Positions 1-10,306 of a stretch of 64,000 bases of DNA are shown piece after piece. A program made the position numbers and the translations under genes. The stretch lies in the sequence record JX128257. One strand, 5' to 3'. Under the pieces are notes generated by a model that saw nothing but the letters and a program-made list of their open reading frames with translations, did not search any database and was not told the origin of the DNA. The DNA comes from Escherichia phage ECML-4. Within the stretch, counting starts at the first letter, position 1. Every line of letters starts with the position of its first letter.

Positions 1-181
1 TTTGGTTGGATTGAATAAAGTGGTGGGATTTATTCATTTATATGATACAATACTCAAGGAAGATATTTATTGGAATTCTGAGTCGTTCTTATTGAAAAAG
101 ACTAATTCTGTGGTTCCGGATGAAAATACAGAATACACGAAAGGAAAACTCCGTGAGCTAATCCTTGCCCACGGAATTTGA

Positions 182-2122
182 TTACCAATCCCAAAGAATA
201 CGACCTGCGTCAGTACGGTTGGACGGCTCCAGTTGTGAACTGTTGAAGTTGTTTGTCGTACTGACTTTCTTCGAGTTATCAACATTTTGTTGTACAGGCA
301 TTACCACACTGGCTGGTGGGTTGGCGTAGGAAGATTTAACTTCCTCAATGTTGTTAGCCGCTCTCCCCTGAACCGGATATGCCCCACCCAGAGTACCTCC
401 CCCGATCCCAGCATATGCATCTTTCAATTGAGAAGTGCGATCTGTTACGTTCACAGCATCCGAAGAAACCCCAGAAGGCATTGGAGTCAGCGTGCTGATA
501 TCTGCATTAGGTTGTGCTGGCGATTGACTGTTCGGTGGTACAGAGGCATTCTCAGGAGCCTTATCGTCTTGGCTTATCAGCATAGACTGTCTTGCTTCCG
601 CCATCTTATTCCTGGCTGCTTCACCACCCAACGCATCGGGGATAATGCTGACAAACTTATCCACGATATCAAACATCGCATTGGTGATAGCATTCAACAT
701 GTTGAAGAAAGGTTTCTTCACATTTTCAGCAAATCCTTTCTTCATGTCTTCAACGACTTTGTTTGCAGCCGCCATGCCGTCATCTATCAGGCCAGTTATT
801 CCACCCGTTACCCAATCAACCAATTTTATCAATTGGCCTTGCAAGTTATCTGCAAGTTTACCAGGTATTTCGGTCAGTGATGTGCTCTTCCCAATACCCG
901 CAAACAAATCGTTGGTGACCCAATCAACAATCGAGTTCAACCAACGCACGGGCGCTTCGGTCATTTTCAGCACTTGTTCACGGAACGCCTTTCCAAACCC
1001 AGCATTGTTCCATCCGAATATTTCAGCAACCCAATCAGCGAGATCCCCGAAACTACCGACCAGCTCTGTTATCCCTGCCTGAACCCGATCAACGATCGAT
1101 ACTTGCGCTTTACCAAGGATTTCTTTAGCATTAAAGAACCCTTTACCGAATTCAAATACAGATGTTATTAACGCCAGAGGTCCAACTCGAAGCATCTTGG
1201 TTGCTGCTTTCAGGGGCGCAAGCAACCCGCCGATCCCAGCACCAAACCCCATGAATAATTTAATGAAGCCACCAACAAGTTTTAATGGGGACATCAGGAG
1301 TTTTAACGCGCCCAGTCCAAGGAGTGCCCCCAGCGCCGCGCCTAACCCAGAAGATTGACCATCTTGTTTAGGCTCAGACGGAGGGATAGAACCAGCCTCT
1401 GGATTGTTCTTGTTTTCTTTACCTTCTTCACCACGACGGAATTTCTCTTCTTCTCTATATTTTTGATCACTTTCATAGATACGTGTCAGAGTATCATTAA
1501 GATCTTCGTTCATGTATCCCAATTTGTCATCAATGCTGTCGAGGCGGGTAACAGTTTCGTTACTGGCATCTTTATTGAAATCCAGCGTGTCCTTATGCGT
1601 TTGAAGCATTATGTCAGTCAGGTTTACGATCTCCCCTCCGACCAACGCCAGCTTATCCTTTAATCCATCAAGGCGTTCAAGACTATCTTCGTTGGCTGCG
1701 CCCAATTGATCTGATATCATGTCAAGATATTCAACTGACATGTCGTCAACCGGACCATTCGCTGCTTCACCAAATTTTTCGATCTTGGTGGCGATACGCA
1801 TCAGTTCTTCATTGCCATCCTTTGTTAGACTGACGGTGTCTTTCATCCAAGTGCTGTAATCCCTTGTGAAAATAGGACTGACGCGGACGAACCCACCAAC
1901 AATATCATTCACCGATGGGAATTTAATTGGCGGGACTTTCTGCTCCTGATTAGACGCCTGTCGTGTCTTCAGAGATTGCAGTTGTTTGTTGACATCGGCG
2001 AGCTGTTTATTCGTCTCGGATTGGGCGCGCAATTGCTTGCGCTCCATCATTTCTTTTTTGATTTTATCCAAAACCTTGACGATGTCTTGCTGCCCTGGTG
2101 TCGGTTGATTGTTATCTGCCAT
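182..2122 (-). CDS. putative tail tape-measure / baseplate-hub-like virion protein (T4 gp29-like)
   Basis: 646 aa; N-terminal coiled-coil-like charged region, central Gly/Ala-rich hydrophobic segment (GLGAALGALLGLGALKLL...GFGAGIGGLL) typical of tape-measure proteins; sits in a co-directional structural cluster. Confidence 0.4.
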   Translation of the reverse strand: MADNNQPTPGQQDIVKVLDKIKKEMMERKQLRAQSETNKQLADVNKQLQSLKTRQASNQEQKVPPIKFPSVNDIVGGFVRVSPIFTRDYSTWMKDTVSLTKDGNEELMRIATKIEKFGEAANGPVDDMSVEYLDMISDQLGAANEDSLERLDGLKDKLALVGGEIVNLTDIMLQTHKDTLDFNKDASNETVTRLDSIDDKLGYMNEDLNDTLTRIYESDQKYREEEKFRRGEEGKENKNNPEAGSIPPSEPKQDGQSSGLGAALGALLGLGALKLLMSPLKLVGGFIKLFMGFGAGIGGLLAPLKAATKMLRVGPLALITSVFEFGKGFFNAKEILGKAQVSIVDRVQAGITELVGSFGDLADWVAEIFGWNNAGFGKAFREQVLKMTEAPVRWLNSIVDWVTNDLFAGIGKSTSLTEIPGKLADNLQGQLIKLVDWVTGGITGLIDDGMAAANKVVEDMKKGFAENVKKPFFNMLNAITNAMFDIVDKFVSIIPDALGGEAARNKMAEARQSMLISQDDKAPENASVPPNSQSPAQPNADISTLTPMPSGVSSDAVNVTDRTSQLKDAYAGIGGGTLGGAYPVQGRAANNIEEVKSSYANPPASVVMPVQQNVDNSKKVSTTNNFNSSQLEPSNRTDAGRILWDW

Positions 2123-2132
2123 TTGTCACCTC

Positions 2133-3521
2133 TCAGACCTTCTGGGCTTGTCCTTTCTCTATTGGCGTCGGAGTTGGTGTAGAAGCCACAGTTTGACCAG
2201 TCTGAGGCGGTAAGACCTTCTGGATCATACTATCTTTGGCAATCTCAGCGACGCATTGATAATCATTTGTCAGGCGTGAAATCTTGTGGCGTATCTTTGT
2301 GACGATATAATGGCCTGTTGATAACTTACTTAACTCGGCAATGTTTTCATTAGATTTCGGGCGGTTCGACAAATCTTCAATATAATAAACCTGCCCAACA
2401 TTCAGACGGTTATCCCCCACGACCAGCAAACGCATAACCGTTGATGCGAGGCTGAATTCTATAACGCGTCGTGCGTAATCTATTTGTTCGGCACCATCCG
2501 GTTGCGCTTCAATGTACCTAACGTTCTCGCGGTCGAATTGATCAGAGAACAAAGGGAACGGATCAAGGTGAGCAGTGCTGTCAAACCATTCTGAATAAAT
2601 GCGTTGGGTCGCTGTCGTGGATTTTGTACTAAAGTCATACACGCGCTCGTTCACTGCCAAGATATCCCGATAATTCGCCATGTACTGATCACGCGCCAGT
2701 TTCTTTTCAGCCTTGATGATCGTCCGCATAAAACGTTCGGAGTTGAAGTTGTTGTCTTGCATCAACGGGGCATCTTGAGGATCACGGAAGAATTTCTTTT
2801 CCGCGCTTGCCTCTTGTTTCTCTTCAGCAGTCATGGACTGATTGCCCTGGTTGAACAATGTCGTCATGCTCTTGAAGTGATAGCCTGTGAAGTCTTCATA
2901 GAAAACAAATGGCATAAACAATTCGTCGTATGCGCGGCTGGCCATATAATCGATGGAACGAAGTACAGGCCAAAGAGGAGTTGCGAATCGTTCTTGCACA
3001 CCATACGACGGATCTATGTCTTCAAATTTGGTTCGAGAATTTAACTGCTCAAAAATCTTGGCCGCCATTTCTGAATAAGAACCGCTCAGACCGATAGACT
3101 TACGCAGCATGCTGTCACGGTACGCATCTGTTGTCACCAAGTGCAGCCAAAATGCTTTTTTAGATGATGAATTGGATTCATCCGCAACTCTGCCCACCCG
3201 ACTCACGCGCAATGAGAGAGTAGTGTAATCAGAAGCCGCTGGTGATTTGAATGACACCACCACTTCTTCACCGCCAAGTATCGGCATTGTGTCCAATATA
3301 TCCCAACCTTCTTTTATCAAGATATTGGCTGTCAGTGAAGGAGAAGCATTACCTTCCAAACCAAGATCTTGGTAGACGTTGAATTCTTGAAATAAAGAAG
3401 ACAGGTCATATGGTCTTGGCGTACCACCTTCTGGAGTATGTGGTAGGATCGCCATATACTTCAAATCAAATGTGGTGGACGGTGTTAAAATACCGTCTTG
3501 AGATTCTTTATTTTCGATCAT
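2133..3521 (-). CDS. putative baseplate hub/structural protein
   Basis: 462 aa ORF, 4-nt overlap with upstream ORF, 10-nt gap to downstream ORF; context only. Confidence 0.35.
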   Translation of the reverse strand: MIENKESQDGILTPSTTFDLKYMAILPHTPEGGTPRPYDLSSLFQEFNVYQDLGLEGNASPSLTANILIKEGWDILDTMPILGGEEVVVSFKSPAASDYTTLSLRVSRVGRVADESNSSSKKAFWLHLVTTDAYRDSMLRKSIGLSGSYSEMAAKIFEQLNSRTKFEDIDPSYGVQERFATPLWPVLRSIDYMASRAYDELFMPFVFYEDFTGYHFKSMTTLFNQGNQSMTAEEKQEASAEKKFFRDPQDAPLMQDNNFNSERFMRTIIKAEKKLARDQYMANYRDILAVNERVYDFSTKSTTATQRIYSEWFDSTAHLDPFPLFSDQFDRENVRYIEAQPDGAEQIDYARRVIEFSLASTVMRLLVVGDNRLNVGQVYYIEDLSNRPKSNENIAELSKLSTGHYIVTKIRHKISRLTNDYQCVAEIAKDSMIQKVLPPQTGQTVASTPTPTPIEKGQAQKV

Positions 3522-4075
3522 TTGGTCAGCTCCTGTTCCAGCTGATTAACAAAGGAAGAAACATAATCTGGATCGAGCACTTGGATGTTACGTTTGGCTT
3601 CGTTTTTGTTTATTGCATCATCGTGATATGTAATGCCAGTCAGTCCGTAATTCGCGATGATTGTCGCGTCGTCCATAGCGCCAAGGCCATATGCCAAACG
3701 GATAGCGCGGGGATCTGTTTCATTCCCAAATTCGTCAACGTAGTATTTTACGTCCCACATCCCATCGAGACCATAACGAGCAGTTAGCTCTTCAATGATT
3801 CTGCGTTCTGGTTTTGGCCAGTCTTCTGTGATATCCATGATACCATTGATAAGACATGGTATCCAGAACAACTCGAAGGAACCATAGACCCGTTCCGCAA
3901 AAGACCTTGGGGTTTCCCCATCGAAAACAGTATAAGGCAGGAGAAGCCCTTCTATGTCCCGAATTTTCTTAACAACCATAACCCGTCGTGTCAAGTTTTG
4001 CAACAGGACTTGGTCATTTTCTTTGACACCAATTAGTTGATGCCATACGAGTGGAAATTTCTCAAAATATTTCAT
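3518..4075 (-). CDS. hypothetical protein (virion morphogenesis cluster)
   Basis: 185 aa ORF in structural operon; no recognisable motif. Confidence 0.4.
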   Translation of the reverse strand: MKYFEKFPLVWHQLIGVKENDQVLLQNLTRRVMVVKKIRDIEGLLLPYTVFDGETPRSFAERVYGSFELFWIPCLINGIMDITEDWPKPERRIIEELTARYGLDGMWDVKYYVDEFGNETDPRAIRLAYGLGAMDDATIIANYGLTGITYHDDAINKNEAKRNIQVLDPDYVSSFVNQLEQELTK

Positions 4076-4087
4076 GGCATCTTCCCC

Positions 4088-5056
4088 TTAGAAGCTGTCG
4101 CCTTCGGTATCAAAGCGGCCTTTGTGCAACGGTTCCAGTTCAATAAATGTCATGTCAATCTGGGTTGACACGATGCTATCATCTTTGTGGACAGCATATG
4201 AAGAATCCGGCGTCTCGTTGACAAACATGTTTGACAAAACACAAGTCGATATTCGATGTAACCATTTATTGCGTTCCCCCTGCACCATGAACGTGATGTC
4301 AAATGTGGAAGGGTGTAGGTAGAATGCACTGGAATTCTTGTTGTATTTGTATTCAGGGTACATATGCATCTTGAACAGACGAATGATCTCCCTCACCATT
4401 TTCGCCTCTTTTTGAGATCGAGGGGTGAATTTAAAGGTGAATGGAATTTCGCGGTTGCGCACCCCTTGGAATATCATTTCTACATATGGGTTTGTCATTG
4501 TGCCCGTGAACAACTCTAATGTATCGTGAGCATTAATTGTTGGTAAGAACGGAATTGCTTCCGAAGCAGATTGAATCGCCTTTGTGGCAGCAAATCGCCC
4601 CATTTCTTTTCCCACGTTTAATGCATCGCCAAGTTTGAATTGGCTCATATCTTGGGCAGCGCGGGATAAGAATTGGGCACCCATACCAGCTAATCCTAAC
4701 TCAGAGCCGTTCCAACCAACGCCATAGTTGGTTGTAATAGATTCAGGCATGCATAACACTATGGACTCGTTAGAGCGGACATGACGCGCCCAAGCATATT
4801 TGCTGATAGAACCTGATTTAGAACCATAAACCACAGGAGTTTTTCCCAGTGGGTTTTGGATAGGGTTCTCAACGGTTTGAGTCGTTGTGTCGCCGTATGA
4901 CGATCCTGATATGCGGTTAATATTGAATAAAACATAATGACCGAGGGTTTTACCCCCCGTTATATCCAACGGATAGACCAATTGCTTCTGAGACTTGGCC
5001 AAGCCTTTTGTGTTCAGAACTTTGATCTTATCGATGGTCGACTTGAAATTCGCCAT
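4088..5056 (-). CDS. hypothetical virion/baseplate-associated protein
   Basis: 322 aa ORF, first gene of the minus-strand structural operon. Confidence 0.4.
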   Translation of the reverse strand: MANFKSTIDKIKVLNTKGLAKSQKQLVYPLDITGGKTLGHYVLFNINRISGSSYGDTTTQTVENPIQNPLGKTPVVYGSKSGSISKYAWARHVRSNESIVLCMPESITTNYGVGWNGSELGLAGMGAQFLSRAAQDMSQFKLGDALNVGKEMGRFAATKAIQSASEAIPFLPTINAHDTLELFTGTMTNPYVEMIFQGVRNREIPFTFKFTPRSQKEAKMVREIIRLFKMHMYPEYKYNKNSSAFYLHPSTFDITFMVQGERNKWLHRISTCVLSNMFVNETPDSSYAVHKDDSIVSTQIDMTFIELEPLHKGRFDTEGDSF

Positions 5057-5108
5057 GGTCTGAAGCCCTTAATTAGAATAGAGTAATGACACTATTTAGG
5101 ACTAGAAT

Positions 5109-5729
5109 ATGGCTATGTATTTGCAGGGGAAGTATGTTCCCGTAAATCCCAAGAAATATAAAGGCGATGTGAACAAAATAGTTTTTCGTTCATCACTAGA
5201 ACTTGTCGCCTTCAAATTCTGTGATATGAATCCTGCTATTGTTTATTGGTCATCCGAAGAAACCGTAATCCCATATATCTCTCCAGTTGATGGTCGCGCC
5301 CACCGCTATTTTATGGATTTGAAAGTATGGACTCGTCGACAAGACTCTGAAGAGTTACAGATAACTCTTATTGAAATAAAACCCAAAGACCAAATTAAAG
5401 AACCCCGAAAAACAAAAACGATGAAGGAATCAACGTTCAATAATTCGATGCGTACATGGCTGGTGAACCAAGCGAAGTGGACCGCCACCAAAGAGCATTG
5501 TGCTAAAGTTGGTTGGAAATTCATTATTTGGACGGAAGAGCATTTGGTACCAGGAGAAGATCCCGAAGTTAAAAAACAATTTGCGCTACGTTCTAAGAAA
5601 AAGCGCGAGGTCGAAATGGAAGATCGACGCCGCGCTCAAAGAATTAATGCGTTGAAAGAGCAGATGAAAAAGGAAACTTCCAACAAACAAACGACAAAAC
5701 CTGAGGATGACGGTTTGTTGTTACCCTGA
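5109..5729 (+). CDS. PD-(D/E)XK-like protein, possibly head completion (T4 gp4-like)
   Basis: 206 aa; E...D...E-x-K arrangement (SSLE, FMDLKVW, IEIKPK) consistent with a TnsA-N-like nuclease fold; Lys/Arg-rich tail; lone plus-strand gene between minus-strand blocks. Confidence 0.4.
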   Translation: MAMYLQGKYVPVNPKKYKGDVNKIVFRSSLELVAFKFCDMNPAIVYWSSEETVIPYISPVDGRAHRYFMDLKVWTRRQDSEELQITLIEIKPKDQIKEPRKTKTMKESTFNNSMRTWLVNQAKWTATKEHCAKVGWKFIIWTEEHLVPGEDPEVKKQFALRSKKKREVEMEDRRRAQRINALKEQMKKETSNKQTTKPEDDGLLLP

Positions 5730-5939
5730 TTTCCTTGGATGTCCAGGGGCAAAACAAGTTTGTTTGTCCCTGCATATCACCCATCCTTCCGAACGGGCTT
5801 GTCTAGCACAATCAGCCCAAGTTTCACCAGCATAAGACTTCATACCGCATCTTGGGTGGTGCTCTTGCCAAGCCCAATCACAAGATTTGCATTCCACGCA
5901 TTCACAATACAAATCTAATGTGTATCCTGCGGTAATCAT
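5721..5939 (-). CDS. small Cys-rich protein (possible zinc-binding)
   Basis: 72 aa with 8 Cys including CECVECKSC; fills the gap between neighbours. Confidence 0.3.
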   Translation of the reverse strand: MITAGYTLDLYCECVECKSCDWAWQEHHPRCGMKSYAGETWADCARQARSEGWVICRDKQTCFAPGHPRKSG

Positions 5940-6347
5940 TTAATCCGCCAGGCGTTCGTAAATTTTTTGACGGAACTCATTCCCTTTTGCACAACCTGTG
6001 GCCAGCAAACGAGTACCGCCTGTCCCGATGACACTGATCGTTGAAAATCTGAGAATACGGCCTGTAATGGACTGATCCACTTTGATGGTCTCAACTTTAC
6101 CCAGGCGAAGTTCATCAGCATCACGGCGGATAAACCCTCGTTTTACGATAACCCGTTTGTTGGTGACTGCGAATTCCGTGGTCATCACATTCAAGATAGT
6201 TGGGATCAGGAATAACAAACTGAAACCAAATGTTGGAATAATCGTTAAAGCGACGAGAACATAAATCCAGAATCCACTCCACCAAGTCGGACGAGTGAAT
6301 GCAACCACATATTCATTTTCGCTCAGCATACGGTCGACGTAACGCAT
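5940..6347 (-). CDS. membrane protein with bacterial PH-like domain
   Basis: 135 aa; two adjacent hydrophobic helices then a beta-rich domain (VTNKRVIVKRGFIRRD...LRLGKVETIKV). Confidence 0.4.
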   Translation of the reverse strand: MRYVDRMLSENEYVVAFTRPTWWSGFWIYVLVALTIIPTFGFSLLFLIPTILNVMTTEFAVTNKRVIVKRGFIRRDADELRLGKVETIKVDQSITGRILRFSTISVIGTGGTRLLATGCAKGNEFRQKIYERLAD

Positions 6348-6348
6348 T

Positions 6349-6870
6349 TTAATTCCTTACTTTGTCAGGATTAGATAAGATTTGTTCGTATCCGACTTCT
6401 CCTTGATAGTCGAAAACATGCTGAAGAATCGCCATATCTTCTACCATCCGATAAACTTCAATTCCAGCGTTCATCAATTTTTTGATTCCATCCATAATAC
6501 GATATGGCTCACGATAATATACTTTATCGATTTTACCGCTATCTATTATCTTTTGAGTGCAATTAGGGCAAGGACTATGTGTCACAAACATAACCAACCC
6601 TGTGAAATCATCTGCATTTTCGGGGATACGCATTAGAGCATTTTCCTCCGCATGAACGACACACGGGTTTGTAACAATTTGCCCGTGTTGTTCCATCTCA
6701 CAAACATTCGGCATGCCAGGAGGCGTTCCGTTCCATCCTATAGCCACAGGCTGATCAGTTTCAGGGTTTACAATAACACAACCGACTTGCAGACGCCGAG
6801 CATAACTGGTTACACCATATGCTGCAGCTGATCGCATATGAGCAAACATCATACGTGGTTTGATAGCCAT
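6349..6870 (-). CDS. cd: dCMP deaminase (cytidine/deoxycytidylate deaminase family)
   Basis: zinc-binding signatures CVVHAEENA (H-x-E) and HSPCPNC (PC-x2-C); 173 aa. Confidence 0.85.
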   Translation of the reverse strand: MAIKPRMMFAHMRSAAAYGVTSYARRLQVGCVIVNPETDQPVAIGWNGTPPGMPNVCEMEQHGQIVTNPCVVHAEENALMRIPENADDFTGLVMFVTHSPCPNCTQKIIDSGKIDKVYYREPYRIMDGIKKLMNAGIEVYRMVEDMAILQHVFDYQGEVGYEQILSNPDKVRN

Positions 6871-7274
6871 TATTCACCTCTCAGAAGACGAGCGAAGCGT
6901 TCAACAATGCGATTGCGCGGCTTCTCGGGAACGATGTCTTCTACCGTAATGGTCAGTGTGTAGTTTGTAGAAAAATCGCAATCGGACTTTGTGATGATTT
7001 TCCGTTCACCAGGCAGCGGATACATCGTTAAAGCCCTATCGACGGAATCTAGAGAAGAACCGACCAAGTCCACCACCCTTTGGTGCCCGAACGATAATGG
7101 ACCTACGACATCCTTTTCAAAAATTTCAATCACGTCGGTGACTAACACACCCAATGCAAGTCTTAGTCCAAGGTTCTGATTTTTATCCCCTAGTGTGTAC
7201 ACAAACTGCCGACGCCACAACTCTTTCCGGTCTTCAGAACGGACGAGAGAATAATTCAAATGGTATTGTTTCAT
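6870..7274 (-). CDS. hypothetical protein
   Basis: 134 aa ORF, 1-nt overlap with downstream gene. Confidence 0.4.
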   Translation of the reverse strand: MKQYHLNYSLVRSEDRKELWRRQFVYTLGDKNQNLGLRLALGVLVTDVIEIFEKDVVGPLSFGHQRVVDLVGSSLDSVDRALTMYPLPGERKIITKSDCDFSTNYTLTITVEDIVPEKPRNRIVERFARLLRGE

Positions 7275-7603
7275 TTCACCAACACCTTTTCCAGGAAGAA
7301 GATCATGTCATCCTGGTCGGCACGGCCAAAGATCTGACCGAGGGACACCATGGAATGAACCTCTTTGACAATCAGGTCTTTGCCTGTTGCACCGCTGTTG
7401 TCCAATTCGAGAATTGTAGACATGCGCTCAACCATATGAGGTGGATGATTGATATAACGTTGAAGATACTTTTCACGCAACGCAATTTTTTCGATAAGAT
7501 CTGACATTTCTGCATTCTCTTCTGAATACAGACGTTCTTTAGATTTCAGTTCTTCGAGGCGTTCGTACATTTCTTTTAATGAAATCATGTTTGTCTCTCC
7601 CAA
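7271..7603 (-). CDS. hypothetical protein
   Basis: 110 aa ORF, 4-nt overlap with next gene. Confidence 0.4.
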   Translation of the reverse strand: MGETNMISLKEMYERLEELKSKERLYSEENAEMSDLIEKIALREKYLQRYINHPPHMVERMSTILELDNSGATGKDLIVKEVHSMVSLGQIFGRADQDDMIFFLEKVLVK

Positions 7604-7650
7604 TAAATTAAGGGGAAGTATACCTTCCCCTTCTTCAATAAAATAAATTA

Positions 7651-8001
7651 TTATTCAGTACAAGCTCGACCAAGTTCAGTCAGGCGGTAGAATGTTACTT
7701 CTGATTTCGGCCAATGCTTATACTCTTCAGAGTCATCATGAACCATAGTGAACGCAGGTTCGATCAGACCTTTAGATAATAATGATTGCCCTGAACGTGT
7801 ATCCCACGGATCACCTTTTACAGAACGAAACCCACCAGCAATCGGAGGGGCATGGAATGTCCATACTGTCTTGCCCTTTTCATTCGTCCAAGACTTCGGA
7901 TTGAAATACCAATGACAAAGGCGTCGATCATCATGGGTTTCAAAATTCAGCATTCCCAGAAGGACACAGAGTTGATGTCCTGTGATTCTTGGCTTTTTCA
8001 T
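7651..8001 (-). CDS. hypothetical protein
   Basis: 116 aa ORF in a chain of 4-nt overlaps. Confidence 0.4.
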   Translation of the reverse strand: MKKPRITGHQLCVLLGMLNFETHDDRRLCHWYFNPKSWTNEKGKTVWTFHAPPIAGGFRSVKGDPWDTRSGQSLLSKGLIEPAFTMVHDDSEEYKHWPKSEVTFYRLTELGRACTE

Positions 8002-8330
8002 AAGATCCCCAAGTCAGTAAGGTAACGATAAGACAGGACTACAGATAGAAATCCAATTAACATCCAAGACGACAGGATAGGCTTGCAATTTAGCGTAGTC
8101 TTTCCATTGGGTATGTTGGGACTTCCAGTAATAACAACCGAATCCGTTTTAGCTCTCAACGTCATGACAGAACCCATGAGAATGATTGGGCGCACATAAT
8201 GTCCGTCGCGATTGCGCTTTACAATACATGGTGAAGAAAATCGCAGGAACGGATCACCGCTTTTATAACCGAACAACTCGACCTTTTCTATTTCTTCGGG
8301 AACCTTTTGTCCAGGAAAGAATATTCTCAT
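7998..8330 (-). CDS. hypothetical protein
   Basis: 110 aa ORF, translationally coupled chain. Confidence 0.4.
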   Translation of the reverse strand: MRIFFPGQKVPEEIEKVELFGYKSGDPFLRFSSPCIVKRNRDGHYVRPIILMGSVMTLRAKTDSVVITGSPNIPNGKTTLNCKPILSSWMLIGFLSVVLSYRYLTDLGIL

Positions 8331-8887
8331 AATATGATTCCTAAATTTGTGTATAACAATTCAGCTAGAGTAACAGGTCGTTTGAATTGTTCCCAGCTGC
8401 AGTTCAGATATTCACGTTCTTCGCGGATCTTTTCGTGAAGATGTCCGTGGATATTATACGCCCAACGATCTAATTGATACGGAACGTGTGTAGTCAGAAT
8501 CCGACCGACAGAAGTATCCCGCTCATACATGGCACCAAAGGATGTAATCCAGCCCTCCAGATACAACCGCATTAACATTTTGAAACTGTCGTGGTTGCCC
8601 TGTGCCACCCTGATGATAAAGTTCGGACGCCATTCATCGGGAACGGGGCGGCGCTTGAACTCATCAATGTTCCGCTTGGCTCCTTCGCGCATCAGGCGTA
8701 TGAACCCCTCAGCGCCGATAAAGCAGATGTCCCCCGCCAGTTCAAGGACATCCCGAGATTTCAGCCCTTGGAATATGCTGTCTATAACCGCAGCATCATG
8801 GGATTCTTGAGTATCGAATCCACGAGGTTTAAAGACTTTTTTATGCCCGAGGTGAGTGTCACCAAGGTACTTGACAATTCCTGCCAT
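8327..8887 (-). CDS. calcineurin-like metallophosphoesterase
   Basis: GDTHLG near N-terminus, GNHD and HGHLH motifs. Confidence 0.7.
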   Translation of the reverse strand: MAGIVKYLGDTHLGHKKVFKPRGFDTQESHDAAVIDSIFQGLKSRDVLELAGDICFIGAEGFIRLMREGAKRNIDEFKRRPVPDEWRPNFIIRVAQGNHDSFKMLMRLYLEGWITSFGAMYERDTSVGRILTTHVPYQLDRWAYNIHGHLHEKIREEREYLNCSWEQFKRPVTLAELLYTNLGIIL

Positions 8888-9229
8888 TTATGGCCTCCTC
8901 ATCCATTCTAATATTGGGATGCCTACAAACCCTTTATGCCAGCGGTGGGGTTTATGGCCTCTGTTGTGATCCAACAAACAAGTATCTGGAGGAACACTGA
9001 AATGGATACCATCGATATCGTAATAATTCCCGTCGATAAGAGTATACACATGCCCTTCAATCTGGCTGTAATGAATCTCCGCTTGCGGATAAACGTGTTT
9101 GAGAACCAGGGCGACTTGATAGCACTTCCCGTTCTTTCCCACATACTCAACATCCACCTGTTGTGGGAAAATGTCCTTGATCAGATTTATCAATATGGTG
9201 ATATCATTCACTACAACAGATGGTTTCAT
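8888..9229 (-). CDS. hypothetical protein
   Basis: 113 aa ORF, His-rich C-terminus. Confidence 0.35.
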   Translation of the reverse strand: MKPSVVVNDITILINLIKDIFPQQVDVEYVGKNGKCYQVALVLKHVYPQAEIHYSQIEGHVYTLIDGNYYDIDGIHFSVPPDTCLLDHNRGHKPHRWHKGFVGIPILEWMRRP

Positions 9230-9242
9230 CTTCTCATCTCAC

Positions 9243-9905
9243 CTATGATAACTCATAGCGATGGCGGGTACATGCAGGGCAATTACAGTCTTTTCTCAAA
9301 ATTGGCATTTCACACCACGTCATCAAACCATGTATTGGAGACATATGATGATAAAACCATGATTTTTTGAGACTAATCAAAGGATATAAAATTTCAATTG
9401 GCCTTTCCCCGTCTCTTGTCATCATATTGTATCCTTCGATGACCTTATTGAAAGCTGGGATCCAGTGGATCGCGTCGTCCCCGTTGACATATGCCAATAT
9501 GTATGTGGGAGGCAAACTCCGGCCTTTAAATTGTGTGTTTAATAACCATATCGGGGCTTGTGCTAAACACGCACGAAACCCGCCGTCCGGCACGTGAATG
9601 CTACTAATCGGTTCTTGGTGATGAGTCCAACGATGCATAAGAAGCGGAGCATTCTTGTTGATCCAATTATAAATTTTATTTCGCGCCCAATTCTCACGTT
9701 TGGATTTGAAATTATTATTTTCAAGATGGCAATACACAGTATGAACCGAATAACCTTTCGATAATAACCAAACCAACATGTATGTGCTATCCACGCCGCC
9801 TGACCAAAACAATGTCACTTCTTGATTATTTTCCGGCAAAGGTGCATCCCCTTGAAGGACACGGTACACAAATTCACAATCAGATACAGAGACAGCGATT
9901 TCCAT
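9243..9905 (-). CDS. PP-loop ATP pyrophosphatase, QueC-like
   Basis: SGGVDST PP-loop; C-terminal C-x8-C-x-C-x2-C cluster resembling the QueC zinc site; 220 aa. Confidence 0.5.
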   Translation of the reverse strand: MEIAVSVSDCEFVYRVLQGDAPLPENNQEVTLFWSGGVDSTYMLVWLLSKGYSVHTVYCHLENNNFKSKRENWARNKIYNWINKNAPLLMHRWTHHQEPISSIHVPDGGFRACLAQAPIWLLNTQFKGRSLPPTYILAYVNGDDAIHWIPAFNKVIEGYNMMTRDGERPIEILYPLISLKKSWFYHHMSPIHGLMTWCEMPILRKDCNCPACTRHRYELS

Positions 9906-10201
9906 TAAATTATTCCCCTCAAAGAGTCATTGATTCTACGCAATTCATTTTCCACCTTTATCTTCATATTTTTGTCGTCGTTCACGAAAATCATTTTATC
10001 TAAATCTTCGCCATTAATCTTTGTATAAAAATAAATGTCATGCTCAAAGAAAATCGTTTTTCCAACAGAACGCATGGCAAAGAATGTCGCAATAGTTCTC
10101 GATAATGGCTTGAACTTAATAGCATTAAAACGCAAAGCCTGATATAGGGGTTTTAATGTTCCCAATCTGATACAGTGCTGAATGATTTCTTGTTCTTTCA
10201 T
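9905..10201 (-). CDS. hypothetical protein
   Basis: 98 aa ORF. Confidence 0.35.
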   Translation of the reverse strand: MKEQEIIQHCIRLGTLKPLYQALRFNAIKFKPLSRTIATFFAMRSVGKTIFFEHDIYFYTKINGEDLDKMIFVNDDKNMKIKVENELRRINDSLRGII

Positions 10202-10283
10202 CCCATTGTCCGAGTGACGGGGTTTCCGATGAATCCCCCTATGTTTGTTGGTTAAACAATGATACTTTAGTCAAGATATAGAA

Positions 10284-10306
10284 AAGCCCCTTTCGGGGCT
10301 TATTCT
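10284..10306. terminator. hairpin terminator (possibly bidirectional)
   Basis: AGCCCC-TTTC-GGGGCT with T-rich flanks. Confidence 0.5.

Noticed and set aside
67-285. 72-aa minus-strand ORF at the window start
   Set aside because: Overlaps the 3' end of the 646-aa gene in another frame with no independent support
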